Assembly (NCBI GenBank): GCA_001776935.1
Contig: MFDN01000015.1
Coordinates: 30,130-94,129 of the forward strand
Reading direction: 5' to 3'
Origin: Candidatus Daviesbacteria bacterium RIFCSPLOWO2_01_FULL_39_23
GTDB lineage: Bacteria; Patescibacteriota; Microgenomatia; Daviesbacterales; UBA10151
Length of the DNA: 64,000 nucleotides
Shown here: positions 1-9,892 of the stretch, piece by piece
How positions within the stretch are numbered: position 1 is the first letter of the stretch
How the letters are laid out: each line of letters opens with the position of its first letter
The notes under the pieces: model-generated
Seen by the model: only the letters and a program-made list of their open reading frames with translations
Databases searched by the model: none
Told to the model about the DNA's origin: nothing
Made by a program: the position numbers and the translations under genes

Positions 1-621
1 GTTAAAGCCAAGATAGAAGCCAGGGTTGCCCAGATCAGACGGGAACTGGATAAATCTGATTCTGAATTTGACAAAGAGAAACTGCAGGAGCGGTTGGCAA
101 AGTTAACCGGCGGGGTAGCGGTAATCAATGTCGGAGCCGCCACAGAAGTGGAACTTAAAGAGAAAAAAGAACGGGTGATAGATGCGGTGGCTGCCACCAA
201 AGCTGCAATTGCCGAGGGAATTGTAGCCGGCGGAGAGGTAGCATTGCTTAGGGCAGGGAAAGCGTTGGATGTAATTGTTGCAGAAGGGGAAGAAAAAATC
301 GGGATAGAGATTGTAAAAAGATCACTGGAGCATCCTTTCAGGAAATTAATTCAAAATGCCGGCATGGATGAGGGAATAGCTCTCTCCAGGATAATGGCCC
401 AGAGCGGCAATATGGGAATAGATGTACTGGACGGCGAAATCAAAGATTTAGTCAAAGCCGGAATTATAGATCCGGTCAAAGTGACCCGCTCTGCTTTGCA
501 AAACGCCGCATCGGTTGCGGTAATGGTGATGACCACGAATTGTTTGATAACCGATCTTCCGGAAAAAACTCCTCCGGCTCCTCCGATGCCCGGCGGTATG
601 GGCGGCATGCCTGATTATTAA
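1..621 (+). CDS. groL: Chaperonin GroEL, C-terminal portion (5' end lies upstream of the window)
   Basis: Frame 1 is open from base 1. The translation has the GroEL equatorial C-terminus and ends in a GGM-type repeat tail (PMPGGMGGMPDY). Confidence 0.9.
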   Translation, partial: VKAKIEARVAQIRRELDKSDSEFDKEKLQERLAKLTGGVAVINVGAATEVELKEKKERVIDAVAATKAAIAEGIVAGGEVALLRAGKALDVIVAEGEEKIGIEIVKRSLEHPFRKLIQNAGMDEGIALSRIMAQSGNMGIDVLDGEIKDLVKAGIIDPVKVTRSALQNAASVAVMVMTTNCLITDLPEKTPPAPPMPGGMGGMPDY

Positions 622-664
622 TTAGTCTTAAAATATTCCCTCTTTCTGGTGTAAAATTTAATAT

Positions 665-2842
665 ATGCCTGAAACACCTTCTCAAATCCATTTGACTAAA
701 GTTGAACAATATCAATCTCACCGTTCCGAAACAGTACTCTCGCAGGAGAATTTAATGGCATTATCGTGGAAAACAGCCACCCAGCCAAGCTTGTACCGTA
801 AATTAATCCCAAATCCATACAGCGATGACTCACAAAAAACTCTCTCGGAATTTTTTCCTGATGTTAAAAGGGAGGACGCAGTTAAGGCAACTGTTTTAGC
901 AGAGCCTGAAGGAGAGTATGACAGGAAATTTAAACAATTATCACGCGGAGAACAGGAGCAAGCTTTGTACCAACAAATTGATAAGTCTGCCGCAATTACT
1001 GTTAGGCTGGCAAAATATTTGCAGAAACGCCCCCAAGCTTTCTGGGATATGGCAGAAGACTTAATATATCCGCTCTTAACAGAAGTTGCATTCGGCACTG
1101 CAGATCCTGCCGCAATTGAAAAGAATTTTGCCCAAAACCAGAGAAGGGGTTTCAGGTTATCAATTGTTAATTTTATTGAAGATTTGCAAAAACTAAAGCC
1201 TTATAGAAAAGAATTTGAAACTAACGCTAAAGCTACAGCCGGTAGAATTTTCGGGCGGGAAATTAATGGAGAAATTGAAGTTGAATCACTGCCCGTAGGC
1301 TTTATTTTATACCTGAACCGTGCGGATTATGAAAAGATACATCCATCCGGTCAATTTTTGGAAGCAGGTGAAGCTCTTGGCGGAACAATTAATTATTGGT
1401 CTTTATCCTGTTTCCCCCGGGAATTGGAAGGCAAAGTAATCATTATTAATAAAGAACCCAGAAACGCAAAAGGGTTAGAAATGATTAAAGAATCTCGAGA
1501 ACACGAATTAAGACATGCTTTATTTGCAAATTTTGCCGCCGAAAGAAGACATATTGAAGCACCGGATACAGAAAAAATATTAAGTCAGTTGGTTACATTA
1601 CAAGATCATCGTGAATATGCTGAAATATTAAGAAAGCATTTTGCCGAGTATGCAAAAAATGAAGCAATATCCTATTTTGGATCTCAAAAAGACAAAGATA
1701 TATATTTGAGTTTAGTACAGTTGGGAGGGGATCGATGGCTAGAGCATCTAGAAAAAATTAGGGAACATTTATGGGTCAGAGAGGATCTTACGCCTGATGA
1801 GAAAACCGTAACTTACAAACAGTATACTGGTAAATCCGTAGATTATCTTTGGCAAATTAGAGAATATCTATGGGTAGCCAGAAATCTTTTTAACTGCGGT
1901 TTAAGTGCGGAAAAGGCAGAGGCGTTGTTACAGAATACTACTGTTGATAAGGTTGGAAGATTAGCCAGATATTTCGGAGTTAATCCAAATGATACAGCTC
2001 TAAAAATACAACAGGAACAGGATCAGCAAATAGGTGAGTTCTCAAAAGAGGTTGATGAGTTTACAAAACCCAAAAGAGACGGTGTGCCTGAATCAGAGTT
2101 AGATCCTTTTGCGTGGGGAAGCTATATGCCTATGTGGGAAAGAATGGAGCAGATCACTATGTTGACACATCCCAAAGAAGCAATCCCGTCGTTGGCAAAA
2201 TTGATCGAAGGGGTTAATGATGCTGGTATCTTAATAAATGCAATTGAAGGTACAGAAGTTATTTTATATATGCATCAGTTTGAGACTAAAACAGAAGAGC
2301 TTAGTATTGTCAGGTCAGCCTTAAAAAATATGATTGCAAAAAGAACAAACGATGATTTCAAATACGTAAGGACGAGGGCTGAAAGTTTAATACAAACAAT
2401 AGATGAAGTTTATATGCAAGGGGGAGTGGATTTTATCCATCATCCACCGTTGATAGCTAGGGTAGCAAAACTTATGAGAGTTCCCGAAGGACAGTCTCCT
2501 GTCTTGGGCCAGATTGCGCAACTAATTGAACTATTGAAAGGCCAGGATGCACTTACTTGGGATAAATACTTTAAATTAGAATACATAGACCTTTTAAAAT
2601 GCCCGGAGGGGGTGCCTATTGCAATTAGGCTCGCCGAAACAACAAGTTATTCTGGCTGGGTTGTACAAGCGCTCGGTATTTTTGAATCAAATCCTGAAAA
2701 CCTAACTTCTGAAACAAAGAAACAAGTTTTGGCAGTAATAGATGAGATTTTATCAAGAGAATATTTTATAAAGTCCGTAAGTATGACAGACCATCTTAGA
2801 CCTTATGTATTACAAGTAAAAGATGAAATAGAAAATAGTTAA
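665..2842 (+). CDS. Large hypothetical cytoplasmic protein (725 aa) with a single HExxH motif (HELRH at nt 1502-1516); possible minimal zincin-like metallopeptidase
   Basis: Long uninterrupted ORF with no TM segments. HELRH motif seen in the translation. No family recognised. Confidence 0.55.
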   Translation: MPETPSQIHLTKVEQYQSHRSETVLSQENLMALSWKTATQPSLYRKLIPNPYSDDSQKTLSEFFPDVKREDAVKATVLAEPEGEYDRKFKQLSRGEQEQALYQQIDKSAAITVRLAKYLQKRPQAFWDMAEDLIYPLLTEVAFGTADPAAIEKNFAQNQRRGFRLSIVNFIEDLQKLKPYRKEFETNAKATAGRIFGREINGEIEVESLPVGFILYLNRADYEKIHPSGQFLEAGEALGGTINYWSLSCFPRELEGKVIIINKEPRNAKGLEMIKESREHELRHALFANFAAERRHIEAPDTEKILSQLVTLQDHREYAEILRKHFAEYAKNEAISYFGSQKDKDIYLSLVQLGGDRWLEHLEKIREHLWVREDLTPDEKTVTYKQYTGKSVDYLWQIREYLWVARNLFNCGLSAEKAEALLQNTTVDKVGRLARYFGVNPNDTALKIQQEQDQQIGEFSKEVDEFTKPKRDGVPESELDPFAWGSYMPMWERMEQITMLTHPKEAIPSLAKLIEGVNDAGILINAIEGTEVILYMHQFETKTEELSIVRSALKNMIAKRTNDDFKYVRTRAESLIQTIDEVYMQGGVDFIHHPPLIARVAKLMRVPEGQSPVLGQIAQLIELLKGQDALTWDKYFKLEYIDLLKCPEGVPIAIRLAETTSYSGWVVQALGIFESNPENLTSETKKQVLAVIDEILSREYFIKSVSMTDHLRPYVLQVKDEIENS

Positions 2843-2844
2843 TC

Positions 2845-3258
2845 TTAAGAAAAGGGATTGATTACGGAAAGGCCTTTGAATTTTTTAAAGTCAGGAACAT
2901 TGTCTGTTGCTATGATGTCTATTCCGTTACTTAAGGCGGTAGCCGCCAGATATGCATCAAATATTCTATTGCCGGCCAAAGAGTGCTCGTTTATCAGTTC
3001 AAGCCAAAGATAATATGTTGTTTGTGAGGGGGAGACGATGCGGCAGGACTTTGAGATTGCCTGGATTGCTGCTAATGCTGACTTCAGCCCCATTGGTTTA
3101 GAAAATTTTTGATGAGTTAATATTCTGATAGTTTCAAGAATATTTTGATGGGTAACTTCTAAATCCTCAAAGCTTTCTTTTAAAAATTCCTGGGATTTTT
3201 TATTTTTCGGAGAGTCGGCATTAACTGCATAAATTAAAATATTACTGTCAATAATCAT
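2845..3258 (-). CDS. vapC: PIN-domain ribonuclease, VapC-type toxin
   Basis: N-terminus MIIDSNILIYAVN is typical of PIN/VapC; 137 aa; overlaps the upstream small gene by 4 bp. Confidence 0.75.
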   Translation of the reverse strand: MIIDSNILIYAVNADSPKNKKSQEFLKESFEDLEVTHQNILETIRILTHQKFSKPMGLKSALAAIQAISKSCRIVSPSQTTYYLWLELINEHSLAGNRIFDAYLAATALSNGIDIIATDNVPDFKKFKGLSVINPFS

Positions 3259-3506
3259 TTGAAATTAGGATCAGGATAAAAATCGTCACGGGTTAAATTA
3301 TCCAGAGGTTCTCCGAGATGATGTGTTTTGAAGATGATCTTCTTAGCTTCGAAATGAGCGTCTTTTTCCAGATATTCTGCCAAGGCCTTGTTAAAAATCT
3401 CCTGTAGGGTAACATCATCCTGTAAGGCTTTTTTTTCAGCAGTTTTTTTCAAATCTTCTTTTAATCGTAAAGTCGTTCTGATTAACATATATATTAACTT
3501 TAGCAT
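3255..3506 (-). CDS. Putative antitoxin partner of VapC (83 aa)
   Basis: Small ORF immediately upstream of the PIN gene with a 4-bp overlap, as expected for a type II TA operon. Confidence 0.55.
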   Translation of the reverse strand: MLKLIYMLIRTTLRLKEDLKKTAEKKALQDDVTLQEIFNKALAEYLEKDAHFEAKKIIFKTHHLGEPLDNLTRDDFYPDPNFK

Positions 3507-3625
3507 ATATATGACAAAATGTCAAAAATAGCACATACACCGCAATTTTAATATAACGTCATTTATTGTAAAATTCAGACACCCTAAAACCAGATTTTAC
3601 TTACCATTATCTGATACAATACTTT

Positions 3626-4222
3626 TTGATGGCTAAGTTTCATTACCGCGAATCTCCCACTCTAAAACAAAAAAATGTCTTCAAAAAATATTTATCAGAA
3701 GACGAAGAACTGGTACTTGTGGCCGGATTGTCCAGGGCTTATATAAGATCAAACTTTATGATTTATCTGCTTTTTCCGGGCATGATCTTTTTTGGTTTAG
3801 GTTTAGGATTAGGCTGGCTTTTGGGAGTTGGGAAGATCTGGGCTTTAGTTTTTGCCTTAGCAGGTATGCTTTTGGCGGCTATATTAAAAACTATGCACAT
3901 CTATCATGCCAACAGGTATTTATTAACTACAAGAAGAGTAGTTATTAAAAAAGGATTATTTTCCGTAAAACTTACTGCCGCACTTTTTGATAAAATTACT
4001 CATTTGGAAGTAGATCAAGGTTTCGTGGAGCGTATATTTTTGCACCACGGTACGATTATCGTAAATACTGCCGGCGTAAATAAAGGAGAGATAGCCTTAA
4101 AGTTTGTTGATTATCCTTTGGAGCTTAAAAATTTACTGGAAAGACTTATAAACCGGGAAAGAGAACAATTTGGATTACGCGGCGTCAATTTAACAGAGGT
4201 TGAAGGAGAGATCATCTCCTAG
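3626..4222 (+). CDS. Membrane protein with bacterial PH domain (YdbS/YdbT-like, bPH_2)
   Basis: Two TM helices followed by a domain resembling the membrane-flanked bacterial PH domain (TTRRVVIKKGLFS...THLEVDQGF...GTIIVNTAG). Confidence 0.5.
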   Translation: MMAKFHYRESPTLKQKNVFKKYLSEDEELVLVAGLSRAYIRSNFMIYLLFPGMIFFGLGLGLGWLLGVGKIWALVFALAGMLLAAILKTMHIYHANRYLLTTRRVVIKKGLFSVKLTAALFDKITHLEVDQGFVERIFLHHGTIIVNTAGVNKGEIALKFVDYPLELKNLLERLINREREQFGLRGVNLTEVEGEIIS

Positions 4223-4937
4223 CTGTTATAGCTGGAGTGGGTGTAGTCTGGAGCGATGCCGTATTAACAGCAGGCATACCAGGAATTTCCGGAAGTAAAG
4301 CTAAGGGATTTACAAAATTTCCATTGCGGGTAACTTCCAAATGTGTATGCGGGCCGGTAGTCCGCCCAGTTAAACCTACTTCTCCCAAAGTATTCTCAGA
4401 AGTCACTTTATCTCCAACACTAACAAAGATTCTTCCCATATGAGCGTATTTTGATCTGAAGCCGTTCTGGTGCAGAACTTCAACAAAATTCCCCAAACCA
4501 AAAAAGTCTCTGCCAACTTTTTCAATTTCTCCTTCCGTGATGGGATGAATAGGCATTCCGAGTCCGGTTGCAATATCCACGCCCGGATGATATGAGGAAA
4601 ATCGCGTGGAAAGATAACCAGGATGAGGCAAGACTAAGGGTTTGGAAAATGAGTTTGCAATAATTTCTCCTTTTTGTTCTAAAGAAGAAGCATAAACTTG
4701 GGATCTTTTAACAGGAGGAATCGCAATGGTCGGATAATATCCTGATAAAGCAAATGACAGCACTAAAGAAATTATGGCAAGCCTTTTAAACCACCTGGGG
4801 AACTTTAGCTTGATTTTAGATAATTTCCAATTTAGGGCAACCCTTTTGAAAATTATCTTAGGCAGAAGTTTTTTGCTGCGTGATAACAAAACAAATCCCG
4901 TCCAGTACTTTGTAGTACACAGACAGGATAAGTGCAA
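4212..4937 (-). CDS. M23 family (LytM-type) peptidoglycan endopeptidase
   Basis: Motifs HPGVDIA, the histidine-bearing segment ...VLHQNGFRSKYAHMG... and GPHTHLEV are M23 metallopeptidase signatures; N-terminal signal anchor. Confidence 0.85.
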   Translation of the reverse strand: MHLSCLCTTKYWTGFVLLSRSKKLLPKIIFKRVALNWKLSKIKLKFPRWFKRLAIISLVLSFALSGYYPTIAIPPVKRSQVYASSLEQKGEIIANSFSKPLVLPHPGYLSTRFSSYHPGVDIATGLGMPIHPITEGEIEKVGRDFFGLGNFVEVLHQNGFRSKYAHMGRIFVSVGDKVTSENTLGEVGLTGRTTGPHTHLEVTRNGNFVNPLALLPEIPGMPAVNTASLQTTPTPAITARR

Positions 4938-4988
4938 ATTCTAACATAATTTAGGCTGGCTGTCAAAAAGATAAGGTATAATTTAAAA

Positions 4989-5798
4989 GTGATGAAGAAA
5001 GCCTTAGTTTGGATTCTAGTACTTGTTAGTTTGGCTGCACTACTGCTTCGCTTTTCTGATAAATGGGCAGAAATTTTCTTTGGTATTAGAAAAACGAGCG
5101 GTATTTTTGTTTTATCATTGCCTCAAGAGGCGACTGTCTATATTAACAATAAAGAAGTCGGCAAAACGCCATTTGAAGATAAAAATTTGGAAGTTGGCAC
5201 TTATACAGTAAAAATTGAAAAAAGTGGAGCTTGGTGGGAAGGCAAAGTTAATCTTATGCCAGGGACTGTAACTTTTATCAACAGAGACTTGGCTTCCGAC
5301 TCGGCTTCTTCTGCCGGGGAAATTTTAACTTTGGAAAAAGGAAAAGGTTTAACAATTATATCTAATCCCCCGGAAGCAGATGTTGAGGTGGATGGCAAGA
5401 GTTGGGGCAAGACTCCCATTACTGTTGATGCAGGCAGCGGAGATCATACTATTTTAATCAGTCGTGCCAACTACTTAAACAGAAGCATCAGGGCAAACCT
5501 GCCTTCTGATTTTAACCTGACAGTATCGGCTGATCTTGGTTTATCCGAAGCAGATTTAACAGCTGTGACTACTCCGGTTATTACTCAAACGCCGCAAGTT
5601 CTGGTAAAAAATACACCAACCGGATTTTTGCGGGTGAGAGACAAACCCAATTTAAACGGGAAAGAAATTACCCAAGTAAAGCCCGGGGATAAGCTTGTGT
5701 TGCTGGAAGAGCAAGGGTCATGGGACAGGGTGCGTTTGGCTGATGAAACAGAAGGTTTTGTGTCCTCTGCATATGTTGAGAAAATCAAAAAAGAGTAA
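4989..5798 (+). CDS. Secreted protein with two PEGA domains and a C-terminal SH3b domain
   Basis: Signal peptide; PEGA-like repeats (VYINNKEVGKTPFE...; EVDGKSWGKTPITV); C-terminal SH3b-like segment (GFLRVRDKPNLNGKEI...GSWDRV). Confidence 0.6.
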   Translation: MMKKALVWILVLVSLAALLLRFSDKWAEIFFGIRKTSGIFVLSLPQEATVYINNKEVGKTPFEDKNLEVGTYTVKIEKSGAWWEGKVNLMPGTVTFINRDLASDSASSAGEILTLEKGKGLTIISNPPEADVEVDGKSWGKTPITVDAGSGDHTILISRANYLNRSIRANLPSDFNLTVSADLGLSEADLTAVTTPVITQTPQVLVKNTPTGFLRVRDKPNLNGKEITQVKPGDKLVLLEEQGSWDRVRLADETEGFVSSAYVEKIKKE

Positions 5799-5803
5799 TC
5801 CTC

Positions 5804-6736
5804 TTAGGCTCCCAGGTAATAGATAATGCCAATAATCATAACTGACCAAAGTATCACAGTTATAAGCAGGGGTTTGTCCGTTAAGATAATCCGCTCAGGT
5901 GATTCCCCTTCCTTTTTCTCGTAAATTATATATAGGTATCTCATGACGGCATAAAGCACCACAGGCACTGTCGCCATCAGATATTTCGCTTCAATAAATG
6001 GCAGTTCCATTCCCCCAAGAAATGTTGATAAAATACGGCGGGCTTGAATAGGCGGCTGCAGGAAAGCAAAAAATGCATAAGTCAGCCAGGTAGAATTGGC
6101 AAACATGCTAGTTAAGCTGTCCAGTAAACTTTCCGGATAATGCAGCAGGGTTTCCCGGTGCCGAAAGTCTGATGATTCCATTAAAGTTCGTTCAGAACGT
6201 CGCTTTCCGATAGCTAAAAACAATGCAAAGCTGGTTACGGAAAGTAAAAACCATACATTTAAATGCGCATCAATTGCCCAAACTCCCGCGTAAACCCTTA
6301 AAACAAAACCGGCTGCAATCACAAGTACATCTATTAAGATGATTTGTTTTAAGTAAGCTGAATAAAAAAGCTGCATAATTAGGTAGGCTAAAGCCGCAAA
6401 GAAAAATGCAGGCGACAGGCTGTATGAGAGAGGCAGAAAAATAACAATTAATACAAGAGATAAAAAGATTGCTAAAGGCATGGGAATAAGCCCTGATGCA
6501 ATCGGCCGCTTCCGCTTAAAGGGATGAAGTCTGTCTCTTTCAATATCGAACACGTCGTTTAGAAGATAGGTGGCAGAGGAAAAGATACAAAACAACAAAA
6601 AACCTTCAAAAGCTTTAAGCTGATTTGTGCTGTCAAAAAGCGTTCCTGAGAAAATTAATGCAGCAAAGACAGCAAAGTTTTTTATCCATTGTCTGGGGCG
6701 CGCCGCTTTGAATATAGCCCAAAAAAGTTTAACCAT
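5804..6736 (-). CDS. UbiA-family polyprenyl-phosphate prenyl/phosphoribosyl transferase (decaprenyl-phosphate phosphoribosyltransferase-like)
   Basis: N-terminus RPRQWIKN and the NDVFDIERDR Asp-rich motif are typical of UbiA superfamily; multi-TM. Confidence 0.75.
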   Translation of the reverse strand: MVKLFWAIFKAARPRQWIKNFAVFAALIFSGTLFDSTNQLKAFEGFLLFCIFSSATYLLNDVFDIERDRLHPFKRKRPIASGLIPMPLAIFLSLVLIVIFLPLSYSLSPAFFFAALAYLIMQLFYSAYLKQIILIDVLVIAAGFVLRVYAGVWAIDAHLNVWFLLSVTSFALFLAIGKRRSERTLMESSDFRHRETLLHYPESLLDSLTSMFANSTWLTYAFFAFLQPPIQARRILSTFLGGMELPFIEAKYLMATVPVVLYAVMRYLYIIYEKKEGESPERIILTDKPLLITVILWSVMIIGIIYYLGA

Positions 6737-7740
6737 AGAATGCCTCCTAAGATTACTGTTCCAACTAAAGCTGCTGCAAACAGCTTACCTTGTGAAGACA
6801 GACTTAAGGCCGCTGCACCTAAGATAGCAGATCCCAAAATATAAAACAAGGATATTTGTTGATGAGAGAGGCCTTTTTCTAAAAGTTTATGATGCAGATG
6901 TCCTCTGTCGCCCCAAACAGGCGATTTGCCGCTTATTATTCTTCTGGTAAATGTATAGGCAAAATCAGTAGCAGGAATGAGTAGCACTAAGCCTGCTGTG
7001 GCTAACTTGGCACCTGAAAGGATTGCCAAGACTGCAATCATGAAGCCTAAAATAGTAGACCCGGAAAATCCGGGGAAAATTTTGGCCGGGTGCCAATTAA
7101 AAATTAACAGCCCGGCAGATGAGGCAGCAGTGATAAAGGCCAGCTTAGTCACATTGGTTTGAGAGGGATCAGAAAATAAATTAATTTTTAAAGATAATAA
7201 GCCTAAAATAATAGCGGCAATGGTTACAATCCCGGGCATCTGTCCATCTACGCCTTTTGACCAATTAATCATATTCATCACCCATACTATCCAAATTATC
7301 GCCAATAAATCCGCCAGCAAAATCATTTGTGAAGTGCTGTCAAAATGAAGGATCCCGCCAAAAGGATTAGTCATAAATTTAATACTTATTCCGCTTGCAA
7401 CAGTTACTGTGGCTGCAATCACCTGCGCGAGCAAGCGCAAGTAAGGAGAAAAGTTTTTATACCTATCATCCAAGAGACCAACGATAAGTAAAATAGAAAG
7501 CCCTATTAAGATTCCGACAGCTTGCGTTCCAAACGGAGTAAAAATTATTGCAGCAATTGTTATGCCAAAAAATACTGCTAAACCTCCTGCTCTGGGCACT
7601 ATGCGTTTTTGTGTATGAGCAGGATGCGGTCTGGTTTCCGGATTATCAATTAGGTTGAATATTTTTGCTATTTTAATTGTAAATGGAATAGCAGCAAAAG
7701 TTACTGCAAATGAAATTAGTGCCGGCAGTATTAAGTCCAT
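6682..7740 (-). CDS. Polyprenyl-phosphate N-acetylhexosamine-1-phosphate transferase (MraY/WecA family, GT4)
   Basis: Multi-TM protein with DDxxD-like (LLDDRYKN) and NMINWSKGVDG (NxxNxxDGxDG) motifs. The 3' end genuinely overlaps the UbiA gene start by about 55 bp. Confidence 0.75.
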   Translation of the reverse strand: MDLILPALISFAVTFAAIPFTIKIAKIFNLIDNPETRPHPAHTQKRIVPRAGGLAVFFGITIAAIIFTPFGTQAVGILIGLSILLIVGLLDDRYKNFSPYLRLLAQVIAATVTVASGISIKFMTNPFGGILHFDSTSQMILLADLLAIIWIVWVMNMINWSKGVDGQMPGIVTIAAIILGLLSLKINLFSDPSQTNVTKLAFITAASSAGLLIFNWHPAKIFPGFSGSTILGFMIAVLAILSGAKLATAGLVLLIPATDFAYTFTRRIISGKSPVWGDRGHLHHKLLEKGLSHQQISLFYILGSAILGAAALSLSSQGKLFAAALVGTVILGGILWLNFFGLYSKRRAPDNG

Positions 7741-8105
7741 TAGATAAAGGTTAAAATAATCTTACCAAATGCAATGGTCAGTATAAGGCTTACCAGCAGT
7801 GATTGTATAAATAGTATAGTCTTGAAGAAAGACTGCTGTTTATGCAGCTGCCATGAAATAATAAGATTTAAAAACGCTATTGCGCCGATGCTTGCCGGAA
7901 GGACTAAAAATTGCTGATGCGTTGCCAGTTGGCCGTCTCCCCACGGCAGCGAATAAAAAAGAGGCAGCTTAGGAGGTAAAAATTTGGGAATGGCTAAAAG
8001 AGTTATCGTAATCAAAAGGCCTAAAATCAAAGGAGGCAATCCTGCTAAAAGAGGTAATCCGTTGTAGGAGTTTTTTTCAAAAGAAGTATTTTTTAAGTTA
8101 AACAT
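7740..8105 (-). CDS. Small polytopic membrane protein (121 aa), hypothetical
   Basis: Hydrophobic ORF packed between the GT2 and MraY-like genes; translationally coupled. Confidence 0.4.
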   Translation of the reverse strand: MFNLKNTSFEKNSYNGLPLLAGLPPLILGLLITITLLAIPKFLPPKLPLFYSLPWGDGQLATHQQFLVLPASIGAIAFLNLIISWQLHKQQSFFKTILFIQSLLVSLILTIAFGKIILTFI

Positions 8106-8116
8106 AAATAGAATTT

Positions 8117-9892
8117 CTATACTTTTTCCAGCAGTCGCGCCTTGTTTGTAACCCGAAATTCTAATTTTCTGCCAAACATTAAAGAAGTTTGGGCGTCAAT
8201 AGCCGGCAGAGAAGATATAGTTATTAAAATAAGCGGAATCAGCATCCATTGAAAGTATGACCAAATCTTCTTAAATATTGACCAGTCTTTTGGTCTTGGG
8301 GGGGCTGTTTTTTCGTGTACAAAAATAGTTACAAATAGCGCAAAAAAAGTTACTGTTAATATCCAGGAAGAAATAATTGGCAGATTTACAGAGAGTACGG
8401 ATGCTTTAAACTGAGGGTTAATAAGGGGGATTAGCAAGCTGCCGAAAGTAACAAATATGGCCAAAAAACCCCATTTCAAATCACCCCAAATTTTAAATAA
8501 CACTTTATCGGTTTTGTCCCAAAAATTAATTTCTTTAGTGAAATACTGCTTAACAATGTAAGGGATGTGTTCTACCCCATAAGCCCATCTTTTAATTTGG
8601 AAGTATTGGTTTTGGAAGGTTTTCAGTAAGGTTGTATCCTGTACTGCATCTCCTGAGATTGGCAGGAAATGAGGAACAACCTTGTAGTCTCCGTTGAAGT
8701 GGAAATAAGCCTTCCAGTAAAAGCCATTATCATCATTAACTTTATCCGGTAGCCAAAGGCCAATATCGAGCAGGGCTTTCAAAGAAATCGACATAGAAGA
8801 ATAATTCATATATTTATCTGAGCCTACCATTTCTGCCATCTGCCAGAATGAAGTACCGGTCGCCATAAGTCTCATAGGGGTGGGGGTTTGCCAGTAATTG
8901 TTATGGTATAGGAATACCCCTGTAAAAGTTCTTTTATCTCTTTGGTCTTTGGGTAACGATAAGTATTTATGCAATGCTCCTGACAAAAATTGTTTGTGAA
9001 CTACAAAATCAGCATCCAGAGTTGTTACAAATATATCATCAATTTTGATTTTCCTTTTTTGAAGATTTGGCAAAAGATGTTTAATCATCCAGTTTTTATT
9101 TGATCCCTGGCCCGCAACTTCACCCGGTAGATTATACGGATGAATGGTGGTAAAAACGCCTGCAATTCTTTTTTCTATTTTTTTCAGATATGCTTGGGTT
9201 TGTTTAATTTTTTCCGGATCATCTCTTTCCTCAAATCCCACCGCTAAAATTATTTTATCTTTTGGGCAGGCGCTATTTAAAATAGCCTCAATTGTAGGCT
9301 GCAAAATATACAGGGCTTCCTTATAAGTGGGTAGAAGGATTAATTGGTAATATTTTCCCCACTCCTGGGGAAAATCTTTTTGTAACATTTCCTGCCAGTT
9401 TTGATTTTTTGCCCATATCATTTTTTTGTATCCAACGATGATTAAAATAGCAATCCGAAATGCTGTTAAAAGCCAGTATACATCTGCAATGAGTATTAAA
9501 TACGCCACAGCATAAGGGAGGGCAAAAGAGAGCCAGATTGGGGAGGTAAGCGCAAGCCAGGTTAAGCTTCCCGGCAGAATTTCCAAAAATCTTTCAAAAG
9601 CATTTTCGTGTTTTAAGACAAAAGCCTGTTCCTTTTTTTCAAAAAGAACAAATCTTTGTGTCAAAAGATGATGCAATATAATTCCTATTCCTGCTCCAAC
9701 AAAGAAAAACGAGGCCAAAACATTCATCCCGCCGTCCAAAAAAGCTTGTCCCCAAAAACCTATTAAAAAGCCAAAGGCAATAAAAAGTATTCCGATGTAG
9801 CTATAGCGGATTCCCTTGATCGTCTTTCTTAAGACTTCCGAAAGATAGAAAAAAGACAGGAATCCAATAAAAAGAAATAGTAAAATTCGCAT
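8117..9892 (-). CDS. Membrane-embedded processive family-2 glycosyltransferase (cellulose/chitin-synthase-like)
   Basis: N- and C-terminal TM bundles flank a GT2 domain with the D,D (DDPEKIK), DxD (TLDADFV) and Q-x-x-R-W (QIKRW) processive-GT motifs. Confidence 0.75.
   Translation of the reverse strand: MRILLFLFIGFLSFFYLSEVLRKTIKGIRYSYIGILFIAFGFLIGFWGQAFLDGGMNVLASFFFVGAGIGIILHHLLTQRFVLFEKKEQAFVLKHENAFERFLEILPGSLTWLALTSPIWLSFALPYAVAYLILIADVYWLLTAFRIAILIIVGYKKMIWAKNQNWQEMLQKDFPQEWGKYYQLILLPTYKEALYILQPTIEAILNSACPKDKIILAVGFEERDDPEKIKQTQAYLKKIEKRIAGVFTTIHPYNLPGEVAGQGSNKNWMIKHLLPNLQKRKIKIDDIFVTTLDADFVVHKQFLSGALHKYLSLPKDQRDKRTFTGVFLYHNNYWQTPTPMRLMATGTSFWQMAEMVGSDKYMNYSSMSISLKALLDIGLWLPDKVNDDNGFYWKAYFHFNGDYKVVPHFLPISGDAVQDTTLLKTFQNQYFQIKRWAYGVEHIPYIVKQYFTKEINFWDKTDKVLFKIWGDLKWGFLAIFVTFGSLLIPLINPQFKASVLSVNLPIISSWILTVTFFALFVTIFVHEKTAPPRPKDWSIFKKIWSYFQWMLIPLILITISSLPAIDAQTSLMFGRKLEFRVTNKARLLEKV

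Noticed and set aside
351-1098. Antisense and alternate-frame ORFs inside groEL and the HExxH gene. The same applies to many other 60-160 aa ORFs embedded in long genes, for example 5023-5419, 27212-29424, 50047-51410, 54972-55940 and 59742-60507.
   Set aside because: They are fully contained within well-supported longer CDSs, often on the opposite strand, and have no independent signals. They are typical shadow ORFs.
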